Part shown: positions 49,757 through 64,000 of the stretch, piece after piece | Position numbering within the stretch: position 1 is the stretch's first letter | Layout of the letters: each line of letters starts with the position of its first letter | Assembly: GCA_964016885.1 (NCBI GenBank) | Contig: OZ024741.1 | Coordinates: 362,700,001 to 362,764,000 of the forward strand | Reading direction: 5' to 3' | Source of the DNA: Eledone cirrhosa | Lineage: Eukaryota | DNA length: 64,000 nt | Made by a program: the position numbers and the translations under genes | The notes under the pieces: model-generated | What the model saw: the letters and a program-made list of their open reading frames with translations, nothing else | What the model was told of the DNA's origin: nothing | Databases searched by the model: none

Positions 49757-52169
49757 GAGAGAGATAGAGAAAGAGAGAGAGAGAGAGAGGCAGAAACAGT
49801 AAAAGCGAGCATGGAGAACATAGTAAAATGAATGTTGTTAGTTTAATACTTAAATGAAAAAGAAAATAAATTGAGTGTCTTCAATGTTCTGGCTGTGATT
49901 TCCTCATTGGAAAGGTGAGAATAGGGAAAGAAAAAGAGAAGTAAAAAGAAAAAAAAAACGAAGAAAAAAAAAAGAAAAGAATGGTGGACACCAACTAGAA
50001 ATGGGTAAAAGGAAGTATTGTAGAGGCGGGTTATAATGCTGTCCTCTGGTATTACATCAGGGCTGGGTAGGTGGGTATATGTATGTACATATATATTCAT
50101 GTTTGTGTATGGGGTAGTGGTGACTGAATGTGTGGGGCAGTTGATGGTGTTCATATGTTTGTTCAGTTGAGGCGCATTGACACCATGTGGTAAGGGTGTA
50201 TATATTATGTACAGTGATGCAGCTGTGAATGTGAGCATATGTGTAGATGTGTACGAGGTTGGACTGAAGAGTTCATAGCTTGATTATGAAGGAATGATGC
50301 TAGGACTGTGAAATCTTGCATGCATTAATTTCAACCCTTATTATTATTAACTGCATTGTTTCTTTCCAGGAACTATGTTGAAAAATAAATCTCATTGTGT
50401 CATTCCATGAGAGTATCTTAGTCAGTCTATGAACTTTTCAGCAGATCCTTGTATATGTATGCATGTGTGAAATTTAAATTGTGTTTTATGTATGTGCATG
50501 CTATTTAAGTGTGTAGCATGTATATGTGTGTGATTTGAAATGTGTCTTTTACCATGTGTGTGATGTGATATACAAAAAACATTCACTCACACATTATCAC
50601 ATACTACTCACAGATACTTGGGGGCAGTATGTATGGGAAAAGAATGTGGTAGGAATTGTGATTGTAGGAGATTAGGTTATGTGTGGAAGCAGGATTGGTG
50701 GGAAACAATGTAGGTGGGCCAGAGTATTATGCAAACATATAGAGTTGTGTAATATAGAACATAAGGAGCAGTTACATATAACATATGTGAATTGAGAAAA
50801 CAGTTTCTGTGCAGCTGGATTGACTGTCCTAAACACTGAAATTTTATGTTGACTGCTGTTGAAGGGAGGGATAAATGAACCAGGTGGGCATGAAAGTGAA
50901 GGAAAATTTTGGATTTATTATTTTTTTTAGTACTATCATATCATTATTAAGCTGGTGTTTGGAACATAACTTAACAAAGATTATTTCATAAAATTATAAT
51001 GGAAGCTTTTTCGATAAATATAAGTTGTTTACAATAAACAGATTTGTATTGTAGAACCAGGGAAGTGTCAGGTATCAAAGAGGTTATTTATAATTTATTT
51101 GTTTTATTTATTAGCCTTTTCTGGTTTTAAATTGTTGGTTGCTTATAATATTTTTTTTTTTTACCAAAAATTAAGTGAAACAGCTGGATTTCAAATTTTC
51201 CAAATCTGATTTAAAAATTAAGAAAAATTAGAAATCTATTCAATCAAATGTGTTTCTGATTTTCAATTCTTTAGAAATTGTTTCACAAGACCCTTTCAAA
51301 CATGTGTTAAATTTCTAAACTGTTATTAACTAAAATTCTTCAGACTACAGCCTCAGCTTTTGAGTATTTATTTATTACACTACATTTCCACCAGTTTAAT
51401 CCTTTTGATATCAAACCACTTGAAACCAGCTCTGGTTCTATGACGCAAAGCTGTTTATTTTAACATGTTTATCATCATCATTCATTTCATTTTACGTCCG
51501 CTTTTTCCCTGCTTGCAAGGGTGGGACGGGAACAGATTCTGGCTTGATTTCTACAGCTGGATACCCTTCCTAACACCAACCTCATTTACAGTGAGAGCTG
51601 GGTGCTTTTTTGCCGTGGCACCTCCACGACCACTTTGCAGTGGAATGATAGGGACCCCAGTCCCTATCATCTCATTTCTACAGCTGAGTAAACTGGAGCA
51701 ATGTGAAATAAAGTGTCTTGCTCAAGGAAACAACACATCACCCGGTCTGAGAATTGAACTCACAACCTTTCGATTACAAGGCCAATGCTCTAACCACTAA
51801 GCCATGTGCCTCCATTTATATTTAATTAAAATATCCCCATCATAATTTTATGTAAGAAACTATGTGAAACTATGTTTCAAATACAAGGTTAACAACAAGG
51901 AAGTTTTTTTTACTAAATTTCTCCAATTTCTTAATTATTTTCAAAAAGATTTGAAAGTTATAGGCAGTGTCTTTCATTAAAAATATAATAACAAGAGTTC
52001 AGATACATTGTTGGTTTTCACAGTAAATTTAGAGTATAACTTTAGGATAGTATTTTGTTTTACACCATTATCTGAGAGATGCTAAAAGCTGTGGAACGAA
52101 TTTTTTTATTATTTTCATATTTAACATGAACAGAGCATGGTTATTAACTACATAAGTAAATCAAATGTC

Positions 52170-53190
52170 AATAGAATAGATTTAGAAAAATTTGATGACT
52201 TATTCTTTGGGAAACTTCAATGCTTAATCAATGTCAGACTTTCTTTGGAGTTTCGTGACCATGCTACATATCTCAAATGATTTGGGTGCCTAAGTCTATG
52301 TAAATGCTCATCTCTATCTCTTCCCTGCTTTCTTTCTTTGATCCATGCTTGTTCTCTTCTGGTAGGTAACACCCCTCATTTCCAGCACAGACTAGCTCCT
52401 AATTATGAAGCTTTACTACAGAGGAGAGAGCCTGGTTTGTAAGTTCCTGATTGAAGCAGAGAGAGTCTTAGATAACTTAGGTTTGAAAGACACTTTCAAC
52501 TCTCTCTTTAATCAATCTGATCAATACTCAAAGTTCCTCTTACTTTCTGAGTGTCAAATACTCTGGGTTGATTCAGTCACTATTGGTGACCTGTTCAGTC
52601 AGGATGAGCTCCGCATCTCTATTGCATTTAGAGTCAGAACTGATGTTTTTGAAAGGTTTAAATGTCATTGAGGCAGGTCCCTTGATTCCACAGGTTTTTC
52701 TATCTGTATGCAATTTGCTTCACTCATCATACTGAGCTGAATCTAATTATCAAGCGGACCCTAACTCAATTCATTATCCCCTCAATTCAGGAGCCAGCCA
52801 GACTGCTTAGAGTTGATAGAAAGAGCCCAGATGATCTTACTTTTTGCCCCTGAGTAAGAGGAAGAACTTTCATTCAGGATGCCACATTTAACAACTCTTT
52901 TGCGCTTTCTCACATCCTGGATGCTGAGGTAATGGTGAGGGTCACTGCATCAGTAGTTAAACAGAATAAAATTCTAAGATACTGGGAATTATCAGCAAAC
53001 TATTTATTTTTTTCAATCTGTGGTGTTTGAGACGTTTGGGGAAGCTGGGTTGCTGAAAAGGTTCTTGTCATTGTTGGTGTCTTGCCTTACTAACATCTCA
53101 GGTAATGTCCAGAAGTGTGATTGGTTATTTTAGTCTTAGCCTTAATATCACTGGTGGCAATGCTGCAAGGAACTTAAATTATTGGTAATT
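52170..53190 (+). mobile_element. Old degraded CRE-clade copy
   Basis: Collinear with 53760-54800 (DNL.LKDTFNSLF, SQDELRISI) and carrying many stops. Confidence 0.75.
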
Positions 53191-53479
53191 CAATAGACAG
53201 TAACTGTAATTCAATAGATGTAGTAGACTGTCAATGAAATAACCAAGTCAAAATACTCTAGTAATTCCCAATGTAAACTGATAGGAAATCTAAAAGTAAT
53301 GTTTCTACTTTTGGCACAAGGCCAGCAATTACTCCAGTGCATTACTGGTACTTTATTTTATCAACCCTCTAAGGATGAAAGGCAAAGCTAACCTTGGCGG
53401 GATTTAAACTCAGAACATAAAGGGCCATAATTTTATACTGCAAAGCATGTTGTCTGATGCTCTACTGATACTGCCAAAC

Positions 53480-54955
53480 CACTGCCCTAAAAGTAATGAC
53501 CATTACATCATAGTTAGGGATAGTCTTTCTCCTCCATTGAGGTTCCTCCCCCACCGGTGTGGTGCTCCCTTGGGGCCCCAGTTAATGACCAAGCATTTGA
53601 GTCCATCTTTCAATCTAAGTAGGCTAACCTCAAGCAACTTTTTAAAAACCTCGAAGTCATTGAGCCTCACCAAGGTTTTTTTCATTCCCTGGAATTATCT
53701 GTCAATCCCTAAGTTGTATTTCCTTAGAGTTAGTCCCTCTTACAAATTCTCGTCGTCTTTCCATCGCTTTGATGATCTTATATTCAGTGAGCTTGAGGGT
53801 TAGGTCAATGTCCGATTCTCTCCAGAGTCCCGTGACCAAGCTGCCTTACCCAAACGGTTTGGATGTTTCGGTTTGCATAAGTGCACTTCATTTTCCCTAC
53901 CTTGCTTTCTTTGCTCCATTCACGCCTGTTCGCTTCTGGTAGGTGATATCCTCTCCTTCCCAACTTGGACTAGTTCCACCAGAGAGTTGGATGAATATTT
54001 ACTACAGTGGAAAGAGCTGGATTTGTCAGTCCCAGTTACTGATGTGGATCGACGGAAGCAGAGAGTATGGGATAATCTGCATTTGAGAGAAACTTTCAAC
54101 TCTCTCTTTGATCTTCTCAATCAATTTTCTAGGTGCCGCTTACTTTCTGCTAGCACAAAGTTCTCGGGGGACTGGATTGATGTCCTGCCTGTGGCCAACA
54201 TTGGTGGCCTTCTCAGTCAGGATGAACTCCGCATCTCCATTACACTTTGTGTGGGAGCCGACATCTGTTGGGGTCTGAGATGCCGCTGTGGTAGATCCCT
54301 CTACTACATAGGTTTACATGGTTTGTCCTGCTGCCTGAATGGTGGTCATTTTTTCCATCACATCGAGCTAAACCTGATCCTCAAATGGGCTTCGGTTAAT
54401 ATCCCCAGTTCTGGAGCCGGCTGGTTTATCCAGAAGTGATGGGAAGAGACCAGGCAGTCTTACCCTTTATCCCTGGGTGAGAGGTAGATGTCTCATCTGG
54501 GACGTCACAATCAGTGACTCTTTTGCTCCCTCCCATATCATGGACGCCGTGGTGAATGCGGGGGTCACTGCTTCCGCTGCCGAATGGAATAAAATTTGGA
54601 AATACCAGGACTTATCAAACAATTATTTTTTCAAGCCTGTGGCGTTCGAGATGTTCGGTGAAGTTGGGCCGCTGGCAGTGAAGTTTTTGTCTTCACTGGT
54701 AGCTCGCCTTACTGAGTTGTCAGGTGATGCCTGTGAGGGTGCCTGGTTATTTCAGCGCCTTAGCCTTGCCATCATACGTGGTAATGCTGTGATCGTGTAC
54801 AATTAACCCCTTTTTTCTTCTTTCTTTCCTTTATCCTTTTTGTTCATGATTTTATATTTTTGTGTATACACGGTTTTGACACACGCATGTAATTTGTTTG
54901 TGCTTTTGTTCTGTAGGCATTGCATTATTATATTTCTTTTTATACAACTATGAAG
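53480..54955 (+). mobile_element. CRE-clade retrotransposon, 3' ~1.5 kb
   Basis: LGAPV...SIPKL...QAALP...LPCFL...ELRISITL...CRCG...HGLSC...HH.ELN...WDVTISDSFAPS...FKPVAFEMFG...WLFQRLSLAIIRGNA. Confidence 0.88.
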
Positions 54956-55820
54956 TATGGTCTCCCATAAGTATGTAGCGAATATTCCGGTTATAACGGA
55001 TAAGTGAACTTACTATGTGTGCGTATTAGTATACTTTCGTGTTTTAGCAGTAGTAGTAATCACTCAGCCAGGCGTATGAGAAAATAGTAGACAGACGTTT
55101 TTCGTGACGAGGCGTGTAAATGCGACCTGTCTTGTATGTAGTCCCACTTTTTCTGCCGGGGCGTAAACAACTCTTGTATTTATAAGGGTTGAAGTTAGAA
55201 GGATAGATATATCCTCTGACCTTTGGTTAGCATCTCCCAAGGGGTTGGTCTGCCGGGTGTAAACAACTAACCACGGCTTGTCCCAGAGGCAGGAAAGCTC
55301 AGATTCGGTTTCGAATCTTCGCCGCCGTTATAAGTATAATAAATATAATTTAGTTTGGAAAGGGTAATTCTTTTTGTTGATAGAGACAAGCATTTCTCGC
55401 GAACAAGGCATACATTTCTGAAGATATAAACATTTAGAGAGAAGTGAGCTAAATGTTAAAACTACTTGTTTTTCGCGATAACAGCGCCCTAAGAAATAGT
55501 CAAAGAGAAAGAAAAATTAAGTCAAGATTCACTACTATATACAGGGTGTCCCCCCCCCAAATGTATACACATATTTATGAGAATGCTGGTGAAGTGTGTA
55601 TACATTTTTGGGACACCCTGTGTGTGTGTGTATATATATATAAAGAAAAAAAGATGAAATCGAAAATGCAACTGGAGTCTTATTTAAAAAAAAATATATA
55701 TATTTATTTGGTTGCTTTACCGGTTTCGCAGTTCTTCTGCTCATCAAAAGTAGAGTTGAGATGGAGGGTCTGTGGTTTTTCTCACATCTGTGAGAATATA
55801 TATATATATAAATAAATATA

Positions 55821-58386
55821 TTTTGTGATGCAAGTACATTGACTATTTGCAACACAAACTTCCAGAAACCTGCCAATCACCTAATAACCTACAAATCTGG
55901 TGAGCACATAAGCCAGATTGACTTCCTGCTAGTTAGGCAGCGGGACAGGCAGATAGTGTCTAATACCAAGGCATACCCTGGGGAAGAATGTACCCCACAG
56001 CATAGGTTAGTTGTTAGTGATATCTCAGTAAGCAAGAGATGGAATGAGACATATAGGAAGGTGTGGAGAAGAAAGGTCTGGAAGCTAAAAGACCTTTCAC
56101 TAAAATTCAAATTTAGGAAAGCCCTTCAAGATGTATATGACGAAAAAGAAGACGATTTAGAGACATATGACATAGATAATAACTGGAAGTTCTTACGTGA
56201 CAACTTGCTGAAGGCTACTGATGAAACCTGTGGCTGGAGCAGAGCTCCAACCAGACAGAGAGTGACCTGGTGGTGGAACAGCACAGTAGATAAGGCTATT
56301 AGAGACAAAAGACTAGCATGGAAGGCTTGGAAAAAGGGTGGGAGTAGGGAAGAATATTCAGCCACTAAGAGAGAAGCTAGACGTCAGGTGTACTTAGCAC
56401 GCAGGGAGGCAGAGAGTAGGAGGTTTGCCAATGTTCTGCGACGGGAAGATCAGAGGCGTGCGGTGTTCCACATTGCAAGGCAGTGTGTCAATGCAAATCA
56501 GGATGTTGTTGGGGATAAATTTGTCCGGGATGATGCCGGTGTACTTAGTGTCACGAATGACCAGAAAAAGGAGGCCTGGAAATGTCATTATGAGAGACTG
56601 ATGAATGTGGAGAACGAATGGCAGAGAGAGAAATTACCCTTGGTAGATCCGACAGAGGGACCAGCTATTGAGATTGACGAATATAGGGTCCAAGAGGCGA
56701 TTAGGGAAATGAAAAATGGTAAGGCGGCCGGACCATCGGGAATAGTTGCTGAGATGCTGAAGGCATCAGGGGACGTAGGCACTAAACTGGTTGCACGCAT
56801 CATCAATCAGGCTATATATGGTGGTGTCATACCCAAAGACTGGTGCAGCAGTATTCTCATAAATTGCTACAAAGGTAAAGGGGATGCTTTGGAGAGGAGC
56901 AATTATAGGGGTATAAAACTGATAGATCAGGTTATGAAAGTGGCAGAAAGGACAACTAATTAGAGCAACAATTAGCACAACTAATTAGAGAAAGGGTCAA
57001 ACTAGATGAGATGCAGTTTGGTTTTGTGCCTGGGAAGAGTACAACAGATGCCCTCTTCTTGGTGAGACAAATGCAAGAGAGGTTCTTAGAGAAGAATAAG
57101 GCACTATACTTAGCCTTTGTTGACCTAGAGAAGGCCTTTGATAGGGTACCCCGATCTGTCATCTGGTGGTCCCTAAGGAAGCTGGGTGTTGAGGAATGGC
57201 TTGTGAGGACAGTGCAAACTTTGTACAGAGGTACTCTCAGTAAAGTCAGGGTAGGAATGGAGTTTAGTGAGGAATTCCAGATACAAGTAGGAGTACATCA
57301 GGGTTCGGTCCTCAGCCCGCTCTTGTTCATTATAGTCCTCCAAGCCATAACAGAGGAGTTTAAGACTGGCTGTCCATGGGAACTTCTCTATGCTGACGAT
57401 CTGGCTCTTATGGCAGAATCAGTAGAGGAGCTAGAGAATAAATTCCGGCTATGGAAACAGCAGTTGGAAGCAAGAGGACTGAGAGTAAATCTAGCTAAGA
57501 CAAAAGTGTTGATGAGTAGAAAAGAGGACAAAACCTGATTCCGTCAGGGAAATGGCCATGTTCGATATGCAGAAAAGGAACTGGCATAAATTCTATAAAA
57601 TGCACACAATGCAGGTCCTGGGTACACAAGAGATGTAGCGGGATAGCAGGCAAACTAACAGGTAGGGAGAAATATGTATGCAGTAGATGTACAGGGAAAT
57701 TAGACAGTAGAAGTCGCACTGATAGACACATTTTTCAAATGCGAGAGGGCGCTATAGAAGTGGTGGATAGCTTCCGGTACCTAGGAGATCAGATTAGCAT
57801 GGGAGGAGGGTGTTCCGAGGCCATAGTATCTAGAATAAGGACGGGTTGGAAGAAGTTTAGGGAGCTGCTTCCTCTGTTGACGAAGAAGGGTTTCTCCCTG
57901 CGTACGAAAGGCCGGTTGTATGATGCCTGTGTGAGGAGCGCGATGCTGCATGGTAGTGAGACATGGGCAGCAACCGCAGAGGATATGCGACGGCTGGAGA
58001 GAAATGAGGCAAGCATGCTCCGTTGGATATGCAGTGTAAATGTGCGTGAACGACCCAGCATAAATGTGTTGAGAGAGAAACTGTGTCTGAGAGGGATAGA
58101 ATGTAGTGTACGGGAGAGGAGACTGAGGTGGTATGGACATGTGATGCGCATGGAGGATGATCGATGGGTGAAGAAGTGCCAGGAAATGCCAGTTGAAGGA
58201 AGACGTGGTAGAGGTAGACCACGAAAAACATGGGCGGAGGTGGTGAGAACAGACCTCAGATCATTGAAGCTCACGGCGGAGATGACGAGGGACCGTGACG
58301 AGTGGAGAGATGCTGTGCTGAATAAGACCCGTCCCACCCTTGCAAGCAGGGAAAAGCGGACGTAAAATGATGATGATGATGATGAT
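55821..58386 (+). mobile_element. RTE-clade LINE (second subfamily), 5'-truncated within the APE domain
   Basis: APE end (NT.F.K..HLITYKSG..SQIDF...QHRLV), linker, RT and C-terminus across ORFs 55839, 57011 and 57739. Frame breaks near 56950-56990 (short duplication acaactaattagag) and 57535. Ends in a (GAT)n tail. Confidence 0.95.
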
Positions 58387-59807
58387 ATATGTTTTCAGAC
58401 TTTAGACTATAATGGTTAACATTTTTCATCACAAACTTAAACATAAACAATACATTTATACACGTTGAATATGAGAAAATCAACTGCGGGAATTGAACCA
58501 GGTATAGGTGAACACAACACTACGCTGGACAATCAGCATAAATTGAACGCACGATTCAAAAAAAAAAAAATTATTACAAAACAACACTGCTTGCTTTTGG
58601 TTAAGACACTTGCAGATTGGTCTGATAACATAACAAAAAAAAAATGAAAAACAAAACGCATTGTAAAGGGAAATAATGCATTTTTAATTAGCTATAACCT
58701 CAGTTTATTACTAATTATTTCATAGACTCTGATGGGGGAGGGGTGAAATATTAAAACAACTTCGACGGAATTCGAACTTGGAAGACTTCGTCTGGAAAGA
58801 GAGATAACTGTGATGGCAAATTTTAACACGAACAATTACAAAACAAAACAAGATTTCTTGAAAATGTAATAAAATCAAATATTTTTTTTATTGAGGAGGA
58901 AGAAAAAAATTATAGTTGAGGCGTTCTGCCTCTCCCGAAAGCTCTAATCAGCTAACATTGATGAAGGGAAGGTAAGAAGGAAAAAAACAAAAATAAACGA
59001 ACCCCTCCCTACAATAGTTTCGCCGTTAACTTTCTCATGTGTGACGTGTTTCTGTGAAATGAAAACGAGGTTTGCATGAGGTCAAGTGTTACTTCTATCA
59101 TACTATACTCCTCATGGCGCATCTGCCCTCTTGTCTGCGCATAGCTCATGAATTCGAACGCAAAGCTGTGGTACAAGTGAGTCAATGAACACCCTTTTTT
59201 TCCATATTTTCATCATGCATAATTTCTTCCTGCCAAAATCATGTTAATTATAAATGTACGACGAAATCAGTTCAGGTAGTTTGTATTCTGACAAAAATGG
59301 TGGTAGTGATGGTGATAGGAGGAGAGAGATAGAGTGAGTGAAGTAGATAGACAGATAGAATGGGTTAGAGTGTGATAAGTATTAGTGGAGAAATTGTTAT
59401 GAAAGAAGAGTCCTCCAGATGTTTTGAAACTATCTCGTCCCTTCATTTTTATCATTGGTACAGCATTGTACTTTCTAGAAGTTCAATTTGTGCCATATAT
59501 TCCACATTACATCGACATTTGACGAAAGATTCACCTAAAGAACGGAAGGAAGTATTAGCAATATAACGTCAGAGTCGATGTTTTTATCAGAAAAATGTCG
59601 CCTAGCATATGGATCTATTATTTCTGCTGCTTATACTTTAGTGGGGGGAAAAGCTTTTGTCTGCTTTCCTCCCGACTCTCTGCTTTATATATATATATGT
59701 AAACGTAACCATATATTGATTACTCAATGTTATTGCATTGGCAACGTATATACAATGGTCTCTCGGTGTGTTTTAAGTGTCTCAGTCATACGCTTGAGCT
59801 TCTCATG

Positions 59808-59839
<32 letters not shown>

Positions 59840-62329
59840 CATATGCATGTATATATGTATGTATGTATATATATATAATATATTTAATTACATAATAAAC
59901 AACACAATATAATTATTCCATTACCAAATGTTTCAGGAAACTAAACGATCTTAACAGAAACGTCCAGTACGCTCATCAGATGAAATATTTATGTTATGGA
60001 TATAAGATTTGAAATTAAAATCTATCTATCTATCTATCTATCTATATATATGGTAATTTTTCGTTCTAATATCATGAAAGTGAAAGCTGGCTATCTTTGA
60101 AACTGAACATTTATGGAGAGTTTTAGGGATGGTAGAACAGCTCAGTCCTAGATGGGTTCTTGTATCTGTTTCAGATGTATTTCAACTTCATTGCCCATCA
60201 TACTTCAGCATGTATTGCCAGGCATTAACTGATTGTTGATGTGCCTCCAATCAACTGCTAAACCACTCAATAGTTGGTCTACAGTTCGTTGATCTCAAGC
60301 GATGCAACAACACATACAAACACGTCATGTTTCATCAACAGAATATAGTTATGTAGTTTATATGAAATGCAGTAGATATTATTATCCGACATAATTTAAT
60401 TTTACATTCATTAGTATCGATTATAATAATTTCTTTCATATTTTACCAATAAACCAGTACCACTAATAATTATTACTATCACTAATATTTCACTGTAGAC
60501 ACAGACAGCTAGCTCGATGCAGTTATATTACAAACTTGTCTTACAAAACAGGCCTGCTATCGAAATATATCAAAATACTTCATATAAGCTATTCACAGTG
60601 TTTTTAGTCTTTAGTTGTGGCATCTCTTAACCCTTTTGATCTGAAACCGCCCTTGAGTCTACGGTACAAAACTATTTTGAAATGTTTATATTTATCTAAA
60701 AACCTTCCTCCATAATTTTGTGTTAACAACCTTTAAGTTAGGCTCCAAACATCAACTTAATAATGAAAAAGTTATATTAAATCCCTCCGAATTCTTGATT
60801 ATTTTCAAAACGATTTGAAAATCATAGGCAATGCCTTTCATTAGAAATAGATAACGAAAGAGTTAAACACAACTATTTTAATTACGTTTCTTCTAATCCC
60901 CCCCCCCCATTAATATTTCATTAACCCTTTATTTCGATATGAGCATAGTATTAGTTTAACGACATTCTAGTCTAAATTTATGTTCTACTCTCATTTCATA
61001 CACAGGCCTCTATGTTAAGGTTGTTTTGTTAATTTCTGTTTGATTGGTTTGGTGCAAGAATAGAGAGAAAAATAAACAATATGGCTCAGAAGTAACTCTG
61101 ACGACGGGGTAGAGTTGCTAGCTTGTGTTGACTACTGATGGTGGTTGGAATTGGTTGAAATGGAGTTTTCTTGTCTACAAAACCAACAGAAGTTCTGCTA
61201 TATTTATTATATTGCTATTTAACTCTGATATGGGCGTATGCTGGTGTCTGTATATTTTCCGTGCGTGGATGTATATTGCTGCGTAGCTGTGTATCGATGT
61301 CATTGTGTGTATATGTCGATGTTTAATTCATTTGTCTGTATAGAATGCACTATCTTTATTACTAGATATATCGATATCTATATTTTTGTGTATGTGCGTG
61401 TCACTTTGGCGTATTAGTAGACATATAGTGTGTATATGTGGCCAGGGCTATCAAAAACAATGTTGACCTCTAACTACCGTCACTGCGGTACTCTCCACTC
61501 CTGATTTACCTTTACCCCCTCCCCCAGTTTTTCTAACAACAACAACAATAATGCTGATTGTCTCGATTCAGCCCCAAACACTTTCCATTGGAAATATTCT
61601 CATGAAGTCTTCTATCTCACGGAGAACACTTTCATCAACCCTTTTTACTATTTGTTCATCTATCTTTCTTTTTAATAATAATGATAATAAGTTTCTTTTA
61701 TTTATTACAAGAGCCCACAATGTTGGGGATATTATAAAGGGGAAAACAAGGAGTTTGGATTATATTAATAATAATAATTTTTAATTTAGACACAAGACCA
61801 GACCAGCAATTTGTTGGGATGGGAAAGTCTAATATATCGACCCCCCAGTATATTATTGGCACTTTATTTTATCGACCACTGAGGGATGAAAGACAAAGTG
61901 AACTTTGGGATTTGTATTCAAAACGTAGAAAGGCCATAACTGAATGCTACAAAGCATTTTGTCGGATTCAATTCTGACGTCCTCATAATGATTTATGAAA
62001 TGGACAAACAATTCACTTTCACATTATGATTGTTAACTATTGTACTGTTCCTATATTCAATTTTATCTTTTCTATTCTTAAATATGTGCACCATTGTTTT
62101 CATATTTTTCTCTTTTGCTCATTAACGAATATATATATCTTTATATATATATTACACACACACTCGTATAACGTGTTGAATAATTGTTGTACGACCCTTT
62201 CGTGCCTTCGAAATGTGCTTAAGTGGATGATGTAATGTAATAAAATAAACTGATGTTGAATATGTGATACCGTCTCTCCCTTTTTTAATTCGGGTATATG
62301 TATATTGGTGTGTGTGTGTAAATATCTGC

Positions 62330-62364
62330 ATGCATATGTGTATGTATATATATATATATATGCA

Positions 62365-62397
<33 letters not shown>

Positions 62398-62520
62398 GCA
62401 TATATGTATATATATATATATATATATGCATATATGTATATATATATATATATATATATGCATATATGTATATATATATATATATGCATATATGTATATA
62501 TATATATATATGCATATATG

Positions 62521-62554
<34 letters not shown>

Positions 62555-62560
62555 TATGCA

Positions 62561-62591
<31 letters not shown>

Positions 62592-62752
62592 GCATATATG
62601 TATATATATATATATATATATGCATATATATATATATATATGCATATATATATATATATATATGCATATATATATATATATATATGCATATATATATATA
62701 TATATATATGCATATATATATATATATATATATGCATATATATATATATGCA

Positions 62753-62783
<31 letters not shown>

Positions 62784-62878
62784 GCATATATGTATATATA
62801 TATATATATGCATATATGTATATATATATATATATGCATATATGTATATATATATGTATATATGTATATATATATGCA

Positions 62879-62909
<31 letters not shown>

Positions 62910-62934
62910 GCATATATGTATATATATATATGCA

Positions 62935-63005
<71 letters not shown>

Positions 63006-63034
63006 GCATATATGTATATATATATATATATGCA

Positions 63035-63065
<31 letters not shown>

Positions 63066-63840
63066 GCATATATGTATATATATATATATATATATATGCA
63101 TATATGTATATATATATATATATGCATATATGTATGTATATATATATATATGTATGTATATATATATATATATGTATGTATATATATATATATATATATG
63201 TATGTATATATATATATATATGTATGTATATATATATATATATATATGTATGTATATATATATATGTATGTATATATATATATATATATATGCATATATG
63301 TATGTATATATATATATGTATGTATATATATATATATATATATGTATGTATATATATATATATATGTATGCATATATGTATGTATATATATATATATATG
63401 TATGCATATATGTATGTATATATATATATATATGTATGCATATATGTATGTATATATATATATATATGTATGCATATATGTATGTATATATATATATATA
63501 TGTATGCATATATGTATGTATATATATATATATATGTATGCATATATGTATGTATATATATATATATATGTATGCATATATGTATGTATATATATATATA
63601 TGTATGTATATATATATATATGTATGTATATATATATATATGTATGTATATATATATATGTATGTATATATATATATATGTATGTATATATATATATATA
63701 TATATGTATGTATATATATATATATATATATGTATGTATATATATATATATATATATGCATATATGTATGTATATATATATATGTATGTATATATGTATG
63801 TATATATATATATGTATGTATATATATATATATATATATG

Positions 63841-63879
<39 letters not shown>

Positions 63880-64000
63880 ATATATATATATATGTATGCA
63901 TATATGTATGTATATATATATATATATGTATGCATATATGTATGTATATATATATATATATGTATGCATATATGTATGTATATATATATATATATGTATG
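62330..64000. repeat. Long patterned (TA)n-based micro/minisatellite running off the window end
   Basis: TA runs punctuated by TGCATATATG and TGTATG motifs. Confidence 0.95.

Noticed and set aside
57781-58337. Antisense ORFs over RTE copies (also 666-950, 23808-24092, 45727-46308)
   Set aside because: Shadow frames of the RT coding strand.
62100-63969. Three 500-600 aa ORFs (YIYI/HTY repeats)
   Set aside because: Artefact of stop-free TA/TG microsatellite; not protein-coding.

Overview
AT-rich, microsatellite- and transposon-dense animal genomic DNA. The repeat families and style suggest a cephalopod or other mollusc (inference). Two host genes are supportable. (1) The last four coding exons of MCM8 lie on the + strand (3985-9581), with canonical GT-AG junctions and consistent phases. 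(2) An intronless 281-aa gene lies on the - strand (31040-31885) with a TATA/Inr promoter. It encodes a Trp-rich, beta-sandwich-like N-terminal domain fused to a dual-specificity phosphatase (NCRAGIGR), a laforin-like layout. The rest is mostly mobile DNA: RTE LINEs, CRE-, HERO-, CR1- and Tx1-like fragments, two tRNA-derived SINE families, mariner/Tc1/hAT/piggyBac-type MITEs, Helitrons, a Gypsy integrase relic and several Penelope-like elements (PLEs). The most notable non-genic signal is a set of type I hammerhead ribozyme motifs from about five sequence families. They mostly sit in fold-back (palindromic) or tandem units embedded in (TA)n tracts, and one ~350-390 bp unit looks like a retrozyme. 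All calls were made by eye; no database searches or folding programs were run.
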